Part shown: positions 7,341 through 16,106 of the stretch, piece by piece
How positions within the stretch are numbered: the stretch's first letter is position 1
Layout of the letters: every line of letters begins with the position of its first letter
DNA from: a virus
Lineage: Duplodnaviria > Caudoviricetes
DNA length: 35,181 nucleotides
Virus record (IMG/VR): IMGVR_UViG_3300032097_000001
Coordinates: 1-35,181 of that record
Strand: one strand, 5' to 3'
Notes under the pieces: generated by a model
What the model was told of the DNA's origin: nothing
Databases searched by the model: none
What the model saw: the letters and a program-made list of their open reading frames with translations, nothing else
Translations under genes and position numbers: made by a program

Positions 7341-8583
7341 TCAGCACCTCCAGCTCGATACCGCCGCGCAGGGCGCCGGGGTGGCGCGCGCCGTTGCGCA
7401 CCGTGATCTCGTCCGCCCGGGTGGCGTCGCCATACAGCCGGTGGGCCACCACCAGCGCCGGCAGGGTTGTCTGCGGGGTGTAGGTGATCAGCCCCGGCAA
7501 GGCCACCGCCCGGCGGCGCAGGTCCTCGGAGACCGCCGCGCGCAATGTCACCAGGGCGCCGTAAACGCTGTCGGTGATCGCCTCGTCGGTGGTGATCTGG
7601 GCGTCGATCAGCGCCAGGGTGTCGTTGCCGGCCGCGATCGCATCCTGGCGGCTCATCCAGTCGGTGTCCGCCACCAGTCGGGCCGCTGCCACGGTGGCCG
7701 CGCGGCCGTTCAGTTGCCGGGCCGCCACGGTGTTCTGCGCCCGCTGGATGCGCTCTGGGGTGTCCGCCGTCGGCGGTGTCACGCTGTCGCTGCTGGTGCC
7801 GGTGTCCAGCATCAGCCGGGCCGCCCGGGTCGGCGTGCCAGGCGTCAGCAGCACACGGCCACCGCCGCCGCTGTCCTTGTTGCCCAGGATGGTGTTGCCG
7901 CTGTACAGGTCCAGCGCCTTCACCGGGCGCAGCACCGCGTTGCGCAGGCGGTTGTAGCCACCCAGCACGATGCCCACCATGTTCATCGGCGCGCGGATCT
8001 GCGCCGCCACCTCGTCGGCGATGCCGCCCACCACGTCCTCGATGCCGCGCACCACCGCCGCCAGGTCACGCTCCACCGCAACCAGCGACCAGCCCAGCAG
8101 GCCGTCCACGCTCCACTTGTCGGCGAAGTCCTGGGCCAACTCCTCCTCGAAGGCGTCCGCCGCCCGGCGTACCTCGCGCTGGGTGTCCACCGTGGTGGCG
8201 GGGTAGGCTTCTTCGCCGGCCTCGGCAAAGGTCACCTGGAAGCTGCACACGCCGCCGTCGCGGGTGCTCTCGCTCCAGCGCACGTCGCTGGCCACCGCCT
8301 TGAAGCTGCCCAGGTACGGGTGCACCAGGGTGGCCGCGCCCGGCGCGTCCAGGGCCTCGATCAGGGCATCGCGCTGGCGGTCGTAGTCGTCGCCGGCCAC
8401 GAACAGCGACAGGCGCCACTCGCGGGCCTTGCGGCCCATGTCCTCGGCGTAGGGAATGTTCCGGCGCGGGTACTCATGGATCAGCCAGCGGCGGCCGCCC
8501 GTGGTGTCGGAGCGCTCCACATGGAAGCGCACGCCCCGGTAGGAACCCGCCAGCTCCGGGTCGATGCGATCACGCCAGCTCAT
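7333..8583 (-). CDS. DNA circularization protein Mu gp43 (gpN)-like
   Basis: MSWRD...GSYRGVRFHVE, GRRWLIHEYP, EDMGR, LVHPYLG; C-terminal PALVVAHRLYGDATRADEI. Confidence 0.92.
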   Translation of the reverse strand: MSWRDRIDPELAGSYRGVRFHVERSDTTGGRRWLIHEYPRRNIPYAEDMGRKAREWRLSLFVAGDDYDRQRDALIEALDAPGAATLVHPYLGSFKAVASDVRWSESTRDGGVCSFQVTFAEAGEEAYPATTVDTQREVRRAADAFEEELAQDFADKWSVDGLLGWSLVAVERDLAAVVRGIEDVVGGIADEVAAQIRAPMNMVGIVLGGYNRLRNAVLRPVKALDLYSGNTILGNKDSGGGGRVLLTPGTPTRAARLMLDTGTSSDSVTPPTADTPERIQRAQNTVAARQLNGRAATVAAARLVADTDWMSRQDAIAAGNDTLALIDAQITTDEAITDSVYGALVTLRAAVSEDLRRRAVALPGLITYTPQTTLPALVVAHRLYGDATRADEITVRNGARHPGALRGGIELEVLSE

Positions 8584-8584
8584 G

Positions 8585-8593
8585 TGCTAAGCT
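8585..8593 (+). promoter_or_regulatory. Possible extended -10 promoter for the antisense moron
   Basis: TG-C-TAAGCT, 34 nt upstream of the ATG at 8627. Confidence 0.35.
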
Positions 8594-8626
8594 CCTGTTC
8601 GCGCATGAATAAAAAAGGAGGTCACC

Positions 8627-8836
8627 ATGAAAACCACTGAAAAAGCGTCCGTTATTGGCGCCATTTCCGGCATCGCAGCAGGCGCAGCCCTGGCCTACTT
8701 CGTGCCAGAAGCCCACTGGGGCGTTTACGTTGCCGCCGGCCTGATCGTCATGGGCGGCGCTTACAGCGGCATCACCCAGCAGGCAGCCACTGACCGGCTC
8801 GCGGACGGCGACCTGCCCGCCAAAGGCAAGAGCTAA
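8627..8836 (+). CDS. Small two-TM membrane protein (antisense moron)
   Basis: Strong RBS aaggagg, 69 aa with two hydrophobic segments. Fills the gap between tape measure and gp43 on the opposite strand. Confidence 0.8.
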   Translation: MKTTEKASVIGAISGIAAGAALAYFVPEAHWGVYVAAGLIVMGGAYSGITQQAATDRLADGDLPAKGKS

Positions 8837-8838
8837 GC

Positions 8839-10788
8839 TCACGGCGCCACCCCCAGCACTCCAGCATCCACATCGAAGTCCATGCCCCCGTTGCGGCGCG
8901 CTTCCGCCACGCGGGGCCGCCCCTCGGAATCCACCACGATCCGCAACTCGCCGCCCACCTCGGCACGTGCCGGACCAGGCATCGCGCCCCGGCGGTTGTC
9001 GGCCACCGGCGCACCGGTTGGCATGGGCGCTTCCATACCACCGATACCCAGGCGATCCTTCACCCAGTCCGGCATCCACTCGATCAGCCCCGTGATGCGC
9101 TCGGACAGCCAGCCGGTCAGCGCTGACCACTGGGCGCTGATACCGTCCCACAGCCCGCCGATCCACTCCTGGCCCATCTCGGTCAGTGGCCGTGCGCCGA
9201 ACAGCTCGAACACCGCGTCGATACCCTTCATCAGCAGGGCGGCCGGGCTGAAGGCCAGCAGATCCTTGGCCACCTGGCCGATACCCTGGCTGAAATAGCC
9301 GGCGATGCCGTCCCACAGCCCGCCGAACCATTCCGCGATACCGTCCCAGTGCCGATAGATCAGCCCCGCCGGCGTCCAGGCCAGCAGGTCGCCCGCGATC
9401 TCGCCGGCGCCACGGCTGAAAAAGTCTTTCACGCCCTGCCACAGGTTGCCGAACCACTCGGCGATGCCGTCCCAGTTGCGGTAGATCAGGTACACGGCAC
9501 CAGCTACGGCCGCCACGCCGGTGATGATCCAGCCGATCGGGGTGGTCAGCAGGGCAAGGGACAGGGCGCGGATGCCGGCAATGGCGGCCGGCACTGCACG
9601 GGCGGCAAGGCCGACTAGACCGCGCGCCATGGAAGCCAGAGACGCAACCACAGCGCCCCCGATTCGCCCCGCAAAGGTCAGCGCCACACGGCTTGCAGTG
9701 AGAAGGCCACGCACCAACATGGGAATGACAGTGGCCGCACTGGTGACGATTGCCGCCCCCATTCGATACAGGGATACGACTGTGCTGCCGATCGCCAGCA
9801 GCAGGCGGCCACCCATCAGGGCAGCCAGCCAGATGATCAGATTGCCGTAGCCACCCACCATGCCGGCGGCCCAGCTCACCGCCGCGCCCACCATCTGCAT
9901 GCCGCGCCACACGTCGCGGATGCCGTCCACGATGTCGCCGGCCACCGCCTCGCGGTTGGCCTGGCCCAGGGCACCCATGCGGCCGATCCACTCATTAATG
10001 GCCGGCAGCAGCTCGCCCACCACCGACGCCTGGATGCCGAACAGTACCGTGCGCAGGTCACCCATCTGGCGGGTGTACTCGCGGCTGTTCTCGATCTCCT
10101 CCTCGGTCAAGATCGCGCCACGGTCCCGGCCGGCCTGCATCATCCGCTCGATCTCCTCGCGGCTGGTGGCCAGCATCTCCACCATCTGCTCGGCACCCTG
10201 GCCGCCGAAGATCTCGTCCATCACCCGCTGGCGGGCGGCGTCGTTCTCCAGGTCACCCAGGCGCGAACGCACCAGGTCAAACATGGCGGCCGTGTCGCCG
10301 CCGGTCTTGCGCAGGTCCTCGATGTTGATACCCAGGCGCCCGAATGCCTCGGCAGCCGGGCCGCCGGCGGTCACCACGAACTCGTCCGCACGCAGGCCCA
10401 GTTCCTTCAGGCCGTCCACCAGGGCGTCGTTCTGCACCCCGAACTGCTTGCCGACGTACTGCCACTCCTGCAACCAGGTGGTGCCCACGCCCACGCGTTC
10501 GGCGGCGTTCTTCACCTCATTGCCCAGGTCGGTCACCCCCGACACCAGGCGTTCCGTGCCCCACACCGCGCCGGCGGTGATACCCCCCATCCACAGCAGG
10601 CGCTGGCCCAGCCCTCGGGCACGCTCCACCACCGCGCCCAGGGACTGGCTCACGCGGCGGCCGGAGGCGGCCAGGCGGTCCAGCCCGGCGCGCTGCGACA
10701 GGCCGGAGAGCGAACGCTGGATGCGACGAACCGGGCGCGTCACCCGGTCCACCAGCTCCATGACAACACTGGTCACCATGTTAGCCAT
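8839..10788 (-). CDS. Tail tape measure protein
   Basis: 649 aa, helical and Ala/Gly-rich, hydrophobic central part, ~40-aa Trp repeats (IYRNWDGIAEWF / IYRHWDGIAEWF). Follows tail chaperones. Confidence 0.92.
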   Translation of the reverse strand: MANMVTSVVMELVDRVTRPVRRIQRSLSGLSQRAGLDRLAASGRRVSQSLGAVVERARGLGQRLLWMGGITAGAVWGTERLVSGVTDLGNEVKNAAERVGVGTTWLQEWQYVGKQFGVQNDALVDGLKELGLRADEFVVTAGGPAAEAFGRLGINIEDLRKTGGDTAAMFDLVRSRLGDLENDAARQRVMDEIFGGQGAEQMVEMLATSREEIERMMQAGRDRGAILTEEEIENSREYTRQMGDLRTVLFGIQASVVGELLPAINEWIGRMGALGQANREAVAGDIVDGIRDVWRGMQMVGAAVSWAAGMVGGYGNLIIWLAALMGGRLLLAIGSTVVSLYRMGAAIVTSAATVIPMLVRGLLTASRVALTFAGRIGGAVVASLASMARGLVGLAARAVPAAIAGIRALSLALLTTPIGWIITGVAAVAGAVYLIYRNWDGIAEWFGNLWQGVKDFFSRGAGEIAGDLLAWTPAGLIYRHWDGIAEWFGGLWDGIAGYFSQGIGQVAKDLLAFSPAALLMKGIDAVFELFGARPLTEMGQEWIGGLWDGISAQWSALTGWLSERITGLIEWMPDWVKDRLGIGGMEAPMPTGAPVADNRRGAMPGPARAEVGGELRIVVDSEGRPRVAEARRNGGMDFDVDAGVLGVAP

Positions 10789-10945
10789 GCTGTTTCATCT
10801 CCTCGGCCAGTTGCTCTGCCTGGTGGTACCACCACTCCAGGTCCTCCAGGTCAATCTCCAGCAGCTCCAGCGGGTTAAACCCCGTGAAAGCCACCGCCAC
10901 GGTGCGGACTAGCGCTTCCCAGTCCGCGGGGGTCTCGGCAAAAAA
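10781..10945 (-). CDS. -1 frameshift extension of the tail assembly chaperone (GT/E+E' type)
   Basis: -1 frame reached at T TTT TTG. Reads FAETPADW...FNPLELLEIDLEDLEWWYHQA, GpE-like. Stop overlaps the tape measure start. Confidence 0.8.
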   Translation of the reverse strand, partial: FFAETPADWEALVRTVAVAFTGFNPLELLEIDLEDLEWWYHQAEQLAEEMKQHG

Positions 10946-11274
10946 GGCTTCATCGCTTCCAGGCACAGCACGATGTCGCGCCCATCCATCTCGTCACAGG
11001 CATGCGGCGGGATGCCGGCCAGCTTGGCCACCAGGGCCATCGACTTGCCCATCTCACCCTCGGCCTTGTCCAGCGCCTTCAGGTGCTTACCCTTCACTTT
11101 CTTGGGCAGGGTCAGCGCCTCCAGGGTGCGCTCGCCGTCCAGCTTGCTGGCGGTAAACACCAGCGGCTCGGAGAGCGCCACCTTGATCGCTTCGCCCGTG
11201 TCCTCGATGCGCGCCAGCTCCTCGTCGGTCAGGTCCATGTCGCCGCTGGCGGCGTAGATCGCTTCAATGCTCAT
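10909..11274 (-). CDS. Tail assembly chaperone (Mu gp41-like)
   Basis: Between tube and tape measure; LVAKLAGIP...DEMDGRD pattern; slippery heptamer near the 3' end. Confidence 0.85.
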   Translation of the reverse strand: MSIEAIYAASGDMDLTDEELARIEDTGEAIKVALSEPLVFTASKLDGERTLEALTLPKKVKGKHLKALDKAEGEMGKSMALVAKLAGIPPHACDEMDGRDIVLCLEAMKPFLPRPPRTGKR

Positions 11275-11277
11275 GCG

Positions 11278-11634
11278 TTAAACCCTCTCGCAAGTGCGGG
11301 CGGCCATGTTCAGACGGATCTGGCCCTCGCCGCTGTTCAGTTCCGCTGTCTCGGTCACGAAAGCCCCGGTCAGCATGTAGTCCTGGCCGTTGTCGCACTC
11401 GAACAGCACGGTGGCATCGCGGATCTTGCCGATCTCGATGATGTCCAGCTCCTCGGTGTGCAGCACGGTGGCCTGCAGCGTTGGCGCTACCGGCTCCTCG
11501 TTGTAGTACACGCGCTTGCCGGCCATCTTGGTGGCGCGGTTGACGCCCCCCGGGTTCAGCGTGGCGCCGCGTTCGGTGGGGAACTCCTGGCCATCCACGC
11601 GGATGGTTGCTACCCCTGTGATTCGTCCGCTCAT
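11278..11634 (-). CDS. Tail tube protein (Mu gpM-like)
   Basis: 118 aa directly after sheath; ITGVATIRVDG and ATVLFECDNGQDY. Confidence 0.88.
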   Translation of the reverse strand: MSGRITGVATIRVDGQEFPTERGATLNPGGVNRATKMAGKRVYYNEEPVAPTLQATVLHTEELDIIEIGKIRDATVLFECDNGQDYMLTGAFVTETAELNSGEGQIRLNMAARTCERV

Positions 11635-11673
11635 GGGTGTTTACCCTCCTGTTAAACGGTGGTTAACCGGCGC

Positions 11674-13161
11674 TTAGCGCCGGAACTGGGTCTGCTGCGC
11701 ATGCACGCGGTACTGGCCGATCAGCATGGGCTGGTCCATCACGTTCAGCCGGCCCGGGTCGCTTGGGTCGATGTTCGCCCGCAAGCTCTCGGAGTAGCCC
11801 GCGTAGTCGCGCACCCAGCCATAGGCCCCCATCAGCGTCAGCCGGTAGAGGTTCAGCAGCTCGGTGCGGGCTACCTTGGGCGTCATGATCGGCTGGCTGG
11901 GGTCGTAGAACTCGCGGTCCTCGTCGGCGGCCAGCTTGTGGCGCGGGTACTTCTGCGCGAACAGGCTGATCTGCTCGAAGCGGATGCGCTCCAGGGTCTC
12001 CGGCGTGTTGATGTCCAGATAGGAATCGTCCGCCACGCCGCTGGCGTTCTCCTGGTAGGTGGTGATCTGGCGCTCGATCTGCACGCTGCCATCGCTGGCC
12101 ACGGTGTAAGTAGCGACACCATCGAACAGCAGCAGGTTGCGCTCGGCGTCGTTCCAGCGCACATCCTCCACCGGCGGGATCAGCCCCGGCAGGGTCAGAC
12201 GCTGCAGCGGCCGGGCCGGGTCGATGCCCAGCGACTGCGCCGCCACGATGGCGTTGGTCGCCGCCCAGATCCACGTCGGCGTCGGCGCCAGGTTGGTACC
12301 CATCAGGGTCACGTGCGGCGAGTTGCGCGCGCTCCCCTTGGTGCCGGTCTCGCTGTGATTGCCACGGTAAGCGGCAAACGCTCGGCCACCGATCTGGCGC
12401 ATGGGGCCGTAACGGTCGGCCAGCTCGCCCTCGATCGCCTCCAGGCTCACGGTGTCGGTGTAGGGCAATGTAATCCAGTTCCACCACTCGCTGCCCATGG
12501 CCGCGATTACCGGGTCCAGGTCGGGGTTCACCGCGCCGCCGGTCGGCTGGGTGTAGATCACCCGCAGACCACCCGGGCGTTGCTCGCCCTTCACGCTGTC
12601 GCGCAGGTCTATGTCGTCGCCGGTCTCACCGCCCCAGCGGCAGGTCAGCAGCACCTTGCTGGGCGTTACGCCATCCACCGCCGCCGTCACCGGCACGCGG
12701 TCGTCGGCATTCACCGCGTCCACGATGGCCGTGGCCACCGTCTGCGGGTCATCACCGCCGGTCAACTCCACCCACACGCGCCGGCCACCGATGTACAGGG
12801 CCAGGGGCCGGGTCTCCGTGGGGCTGTCGGTCACCTCAATGGCGCCCTCGGCCGCCACAGCTGTCCCGGCATCCTCCAGGGCGATCGCCCAGGTCTCGGT
12901 GTACAGGTCCACCTCTTTGATGGCGCGCATCATCTCGGCCAGCATGGAGCCACGCCCGAACAATTCGTCGGCCTGTTCCTTGCTGGTGACGCGCACCAGG
13001 GTGTTGGGGTCCTGGGTGCCAGTGACCAGCTTCTGGCCGATCACCAGCAGCTTGCCCATGAACACCGCGTTGCCCGCCAGGCGGTTGTCGAACTCGATGT
13101 ACCAGCCCGGCACACGCAGGGCCGCCGGGATCTCATTAAATACGGTCGCACTGATCGCCAT
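11674..13161 (-). CDS. Tail sheath protein (Mu gpL-like)
   Basis: IPAALRVPGWYIEFDN, LFGRGSMLAEM, DPARPLQ, ERNLLLFDG, ITTYQEN, KYPRHKLA. Confidence 0.95.
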   Translation of the reverse strand: MAISATVFNEIPAALRVPGWYIEFDNRLAGNAVFMGKLLVIGQKLVTGTQDPNTLVRVTSKEQADELFGRGSMLAEMMRAIKEVDLYTETWAIALEDAGTAVAAEGAIEVTDSPTETRPLALYIGGRRVWVELTGGDDPQTVATAIVDAVNADDRVPVTAAVDGVTPSKVLLTCRWGGETGDDIDLRDSVKGEQRPGGLRVIYTQPTGGAVNPDLDPVIAAMGSEWWNWITLPYTDTVSLEAIEGELADRYGPMRQIGGRAFAAYRGNHSETGTKGSARNSPHVTLMGTNLAPTPTWIWAATNAIVAAQSLGIDPARPLQRLTLPGLIPPVEDVRWNDAERNLLLFDGVATYTVASDGSVQIERQITTYQENASGVADDSYLDINTPETLERIRFEQISLFAQKYPRHKLAADEDREFYDPSQPIMTPKVARTELLNLYRLTLMGAYGWVRDYAGYSESLRANIDPSDPGRLNVMDQPMLIGQYRVHAQQTQFRR

Positions 13162-13373
13162 CAGTCAGCCTCCTTTTGTGTGGTCGCCTCGCCCTGGGGC
13201 TTGGCCTTGGTTTTCGCCGGCGGCTTGGCCTCGACGATCGAACCTTCCGCCTTACGGCGCGCCCAGTACCCGCTCCAGTCCACCCAGGCACCCTCGGCGG
13301 GCAGCGGGCGGCCGTTCTTCGGCTGGCGCACCACCAGGCCCTCGCGGGCCGGTTTGATGTATCGCTTGGTCAC
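13161..13373 (-). CDS. Mu gp38-like protein (DUF2635)
   Basis: IKPAREGLVVRQP...LPAEGAWV...YWARRKAEGSI; precedes sheath. Confidence 0.88.
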   Translation of the reverse strand: MTKRYIKPAREGLVVRQPKNGRPLPAEGAWVDWSGYWARRKAEGSIVEAKPPAKTKAKPQGEATTQKEAD

Positions 13374-13930
13374 GGTTGTGTCTCCTCGTTACCCGTTGGA
13401 ATGTCGGTGTAGCTCTCGGTATCCGGGCCATCGCCCACCTCATGGGTGGCGCTGTAGATGGCAAAGTCGGCCAGGTCGGCCAGGTCGCGCGGCGCCGGGA
13501 AGGCCATCTCCAGCCCGAACGCCATCTCGTAGACGGCCACGCCCTTGCGCTGGGCGCTGGCTGGGGTCAGCACCCGCAGCCCGTCGAACCGCAGGCTACC
13601 CAGCTGCGCCATCGGCTGCTGGTCCAGGGAAGGCACCACCCGCTGCACGATCTCGTAGGCACCGATCTGGCGGCTGTTGCCGCGCTGGCGCTCACGGCCA
13701 CCGCTGGCATGACTGGTCACCGCGTACACCACAAAGCGGGCGGACAGGCGGCCCCGGCCTCGGCCAGGGTTGCCGCCGTCGAAGTACACCCACACGCCTG
13801 GCATCTTGCGAAAGGCCAGCGCCAGCGCGTCCTGATCCCAGGGGCCGGGCAGGGTCTCGACGGTCTGCACCGTCTGCCCCAGGGCTTCCTGGATGGCGGC
13901 GATGATGGCGTCCTCAGCTGCGGCGATCAT
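13370..13930 (-). CDS. Mu gp37-like tail terminator/completion protein (DUF1834)
   Basis: MIAAAEDAII start, PGVWVYFDG, IGAYEI; synteny. Confidence 0.8.
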   Translation of the reverse strand: MIAAAEDAIIAAIQEALGQTVQTVETLPGPWDQDALALAFRKMPGVWVYFDGGNPGRGRGRLSARFVVYAVTSHASGGRERQRGNSRQIGAYEIVQRVVPSLDQQPMAQLGSLRFDGLRVLTPASAQRKGVAVYEMAFGLEMAFPAPRDLADLADFAIYSATHEVGDGPDTESYTDIPTGNEETQP

Positions 13931-14340
13931 CAGTAACCCCGCAGCGTGTCGTTATCGAAGGTCCGGCCGGAGCCGGTCACCACTCTGGGCTCGGCGCTGG
14001 CGGGCGGCGGCGTGTCCAGGGGCAGGTTGATCTCGCCCCGGGCGATCGCCTTCAGCTTCGTTACCGCGTCCTCGTAGCGCTGGCGCGCCTGCTCGGTAGT
14101 CACCCCTTTCTGCAGCCGGTACCGGGCGATGTCCGTGCACAGCAGCGACAGCAGGCGGGGCGTGTCGGTCACCGGCAGGCGGTAGCGGGCCGCCAGGTAG
14201 CCGTCGATCTCGGCGCCGGCATCCGTCAGGGCCTGCTCGGCCATGGCGTTATCCACCGCCCCGGTGTTTTCCAGGTCGGTCAGCTCGACGATTTCCGTCT
14301 CGCCGAAACGCTCGATCAGATCAGCTACGCTGGCGTACAT
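13930..14340 (-). CDS. Mu gp36-like head-tail connector (DUF1320)
   Basis: MYASVADLIERFG, EIDGYLAARYRLP, DIARYRL, RYEDA. Confidence 0.92.
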   Translation of the reverse strand: MYASVADLIERFGETEIVELTDLENTGAVDNAMAEQALTDAGAEIDGYLAARYRLPVTDTPRLLSLLCTDIARYRLQKGVTTEQARQRYEDAVTKLKAIARGEINLPLDTPPPASAEPRVVTGSGRTFDNDTLRGY

Positions 14341-14343
14341 CGC

Positions 14344-14745
14344 TTACCCCTTGGCCTTGGTGGTGGACTTGCTGGCCGCCTTCGGCTTGGCCTCCTGGTC
14401 GGCCTTGGTCTTGGCCTCCGCTTCGGCTTTCGCCTGGGCTTCCTTCTCGGCCTGCTCCTGGGCCTCCCGCTCGGCCTGGGCTTTGGCTTCCTCGTCAGCC
14501 TTTTCCTGGGCTTCCTTTTCCGCCTGGGCCTGGGCTTCCGCCTCGGCCTTCGCCTGGGCCCGTGCCTCATCCTTCGCCCCGGCGTCGTCCTCGGTGGTCT
14601 CGCGCACATCGCGGATCACACCCTTGCGGGTCAGACGGTCGATCTCCTCGGCGTCCTTCTCGACGTCCATCTCCACCTCGGCGGGCGGCTTGTGCGTCTT
14701 GCCGTCGCGGCGCAGCGGCTCGGTCACTGGAAATTTCATACTCAC
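14344..14745 (-). CDS. Mu gp35-position protein with long Ala/Glu/Lys/Gln repeat tail
   Basis: N-terminal PLRRDGKTHKP domain, then ~8-aa AQxxAExE repeats. Follows the capsid gene; gagg RBS. Confidence 0.75.
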   Translation of the reverse strand: MSMKFPVTEPLRRDGKTHKPPAEVEMDVEKDAEEIDRLTRKGVIRDVRETTEDDAGAKDEARAQAKAEAEAQAQAEKEAQEKADEEAKAQAEREAQEQAEKEAQAKAEAEAKTKADQEAKPKAASKSTTKAKG

Positions 14746-14758
14746 CTCGTCATGGTTG

Positions 14759-14778
14759 CGGCCCGCCGCAGCGGGCCG
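14759..14778 (-). terminator. Hairpin after major capsid gene (weak terminator or mRNA stabiliser)
   Basis: cggcccgc-cgca-gcgggccg, 8-bp stem with no U-tract. Confidence 0.45.
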
Positions 14779-14786
14779 TCAGTGGG

Positions 14787-15725
14787 TTACGCCAGCGCGG
14801 CCACATCCTGGATCAGGAAGCCGGACTCGATGCCTGACAGCACGGGGCTGCGCTCATAGGTCACCGGATAGATCCAGCTCTTGGCGTTGCGCTCGTTGTA
14901 GGGCTCCTCGACGATCGGGTGGCCTTCCAGGGTGTAGGTGTACCCGAAGGACGGTTCCGCTCGGGAGCTGATCTGTTCCGGCACGTAGGCCAACACAGCC
15001 GCATTGCCCCAGGCGTCCACCATCTGGTCGGAGCCGTCGTTCATGTACACTGCCTCGCCGATCACGATGCGGCGCAGGTTGAACAGCCGGGCCAGCATCT
15101 CGACGGTGATGGAGTCGCTGGAGGTGTACTTGAAGCGCTCCAAGATCTTCGGGTGCTCGCACAGGGCGTTGAAGCCACCCGCCGGGATCTCCAGCGTGTT
15201 GGGCCGGATGCCGATGATGGATCGCACCGCCTCGCGGTACTCGCGGATCTGCTTGGCCGGGTCGGAGTTGGGGTCACTCCACTGGTCGGTACCAGACAGG
15301 GTGATCTTGTTGTTCACGCCGTAGTTGCCCGCGTTGGTGGCAATCTCGGCCTGCTCGATCTCCAGCGACAGCGACATGATATTCATGCTCTCGTTGGTCG
15401 CCTGGGTGCCCAGGTCGATGCCTGGCACCTGGTTGGCGTCCTGCATGTGCTCCCACGGCACCTGGCCTTCCAGGGCGTCCTGCACCAGGGCAAAGGGCTT
15501 GCCCTCGTAGCCAAACTGCACCCGCTTGGTGTTGGAGCCAGGCGCGCGGCGGGTCTTGTACCGCTTGAAGCTCTCGCGTCCGAACTCGATGATCTGCCCG
15601 CCGCGCTGCTTGACCGGCACGCGGGGGAACAGGGCGAAGCCCACGCGCTCAGGGTGTCGATACCCCTGGGCGACGTTGGACAGAATCGGATCAATGACCC
15701 GGACCTGCTGGTTATTCATAGGCAT
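14787..15725 (-). CDS. Major capsid protein
   Basis: 312 aa; RVIDPILSNVAQGY, LSGTDQWSD, EPSFGYTY, SWIYPV. Follows protease and cement genes. Confidence 0.9.
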   Translation of the reverse strand: MPMNNQQVRVIDPILSNVAQGYRHPERVGFALFPRVPVKQRGGQIIEFGRESFKRYKTRRAPGSNTKRVQFGYEGKPFALVQDALEGQVPWEHMQDANQVPGIDLGTQATNESMNIMSLSLEIEQAEIATNAGNYGVNNKITLSGTDQWSDPNSDPAKQIREYREAVRSIIGIRPNTLEIPAGGFNALCEHPKILERFKYTSSDSITVEMLARLFNLRRIVIGEAVYMNDGSDQMVDAWGNAAVLAYVPEQISSRAEPSFGYTYTLEGHPIVEEPYNERNAKSWIYPVTYERSPVLSGIESGFLIQDVAALA

Positions 15726-15761
15726 GGTTTAACGTCTCCTTAACTCGTGTTTATGCGCCGC

Positions 15762-16106
15762 TTACTGGACCAGCAGCACTTCGATGAACTCACCGGCGCC
15801 GGCCGCCGAATCCAGCGCCTTGGCCGCCACAATCTCGCCACCCACGCCGGGGTTGGTGATGGCCAGGCCGTTTGCGTCAGACACCACGTCAGCCCCCACG
15901 GCAATCGCGCCGGCGGCCTCCACCACGGTGGTGCCCACCACGTCCAGGGCCAGATCCTGGCCATCGGTGGCGTCGAAGGTGGAGACACCCAGGGACTTGC
16001 CGCCAGAGGCGGACACCTGGGCACCGTCGAAGCCCACGAACCGGTGGGCGCTCACTGCGCCCAGGGCGGAGACGGTCAGGATCAATACGGGAATTTTCTG
16101 GCTCAT
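15762..16106 (-). CDS. Capsid cement/decoration protein (DUF2190-like)
   Basis: Small Gly/Ala/Val beta-rich protein ending AGEFIEVLL, between protease and capsid. Confidence 0.85.
   Translation of the reverse strand: MSQKIPVLILTVSALGAVSAHRFVGFDGAQVSASGGKSLGVSTFDATDGQDLALDVVGTTVVEAAGAIAVGADVVSDANGLAITNPGVGGEIVAAKALDSAAGAGEFIEVLLVQ

Noticed and set aside
9230-9500. ~120-bp imperfect repeats in the tape measure gene as a possible second TR/VR pair or CRISPR
   Set aside because: These are in-frame Trp-periodic protein repeats typical of tape measures; there is no spacer structure and no adenine-restricted mismatch pattern.
11659-13905. Long plus-strand ORFs (748 aa here; also 7165-8640, 15872-17236, 28525-29913, 30998-32458)
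   Set aside because: They are antisense to well-supported phage genes, as expected in high-GC DNA, and have no recognisable motifs.
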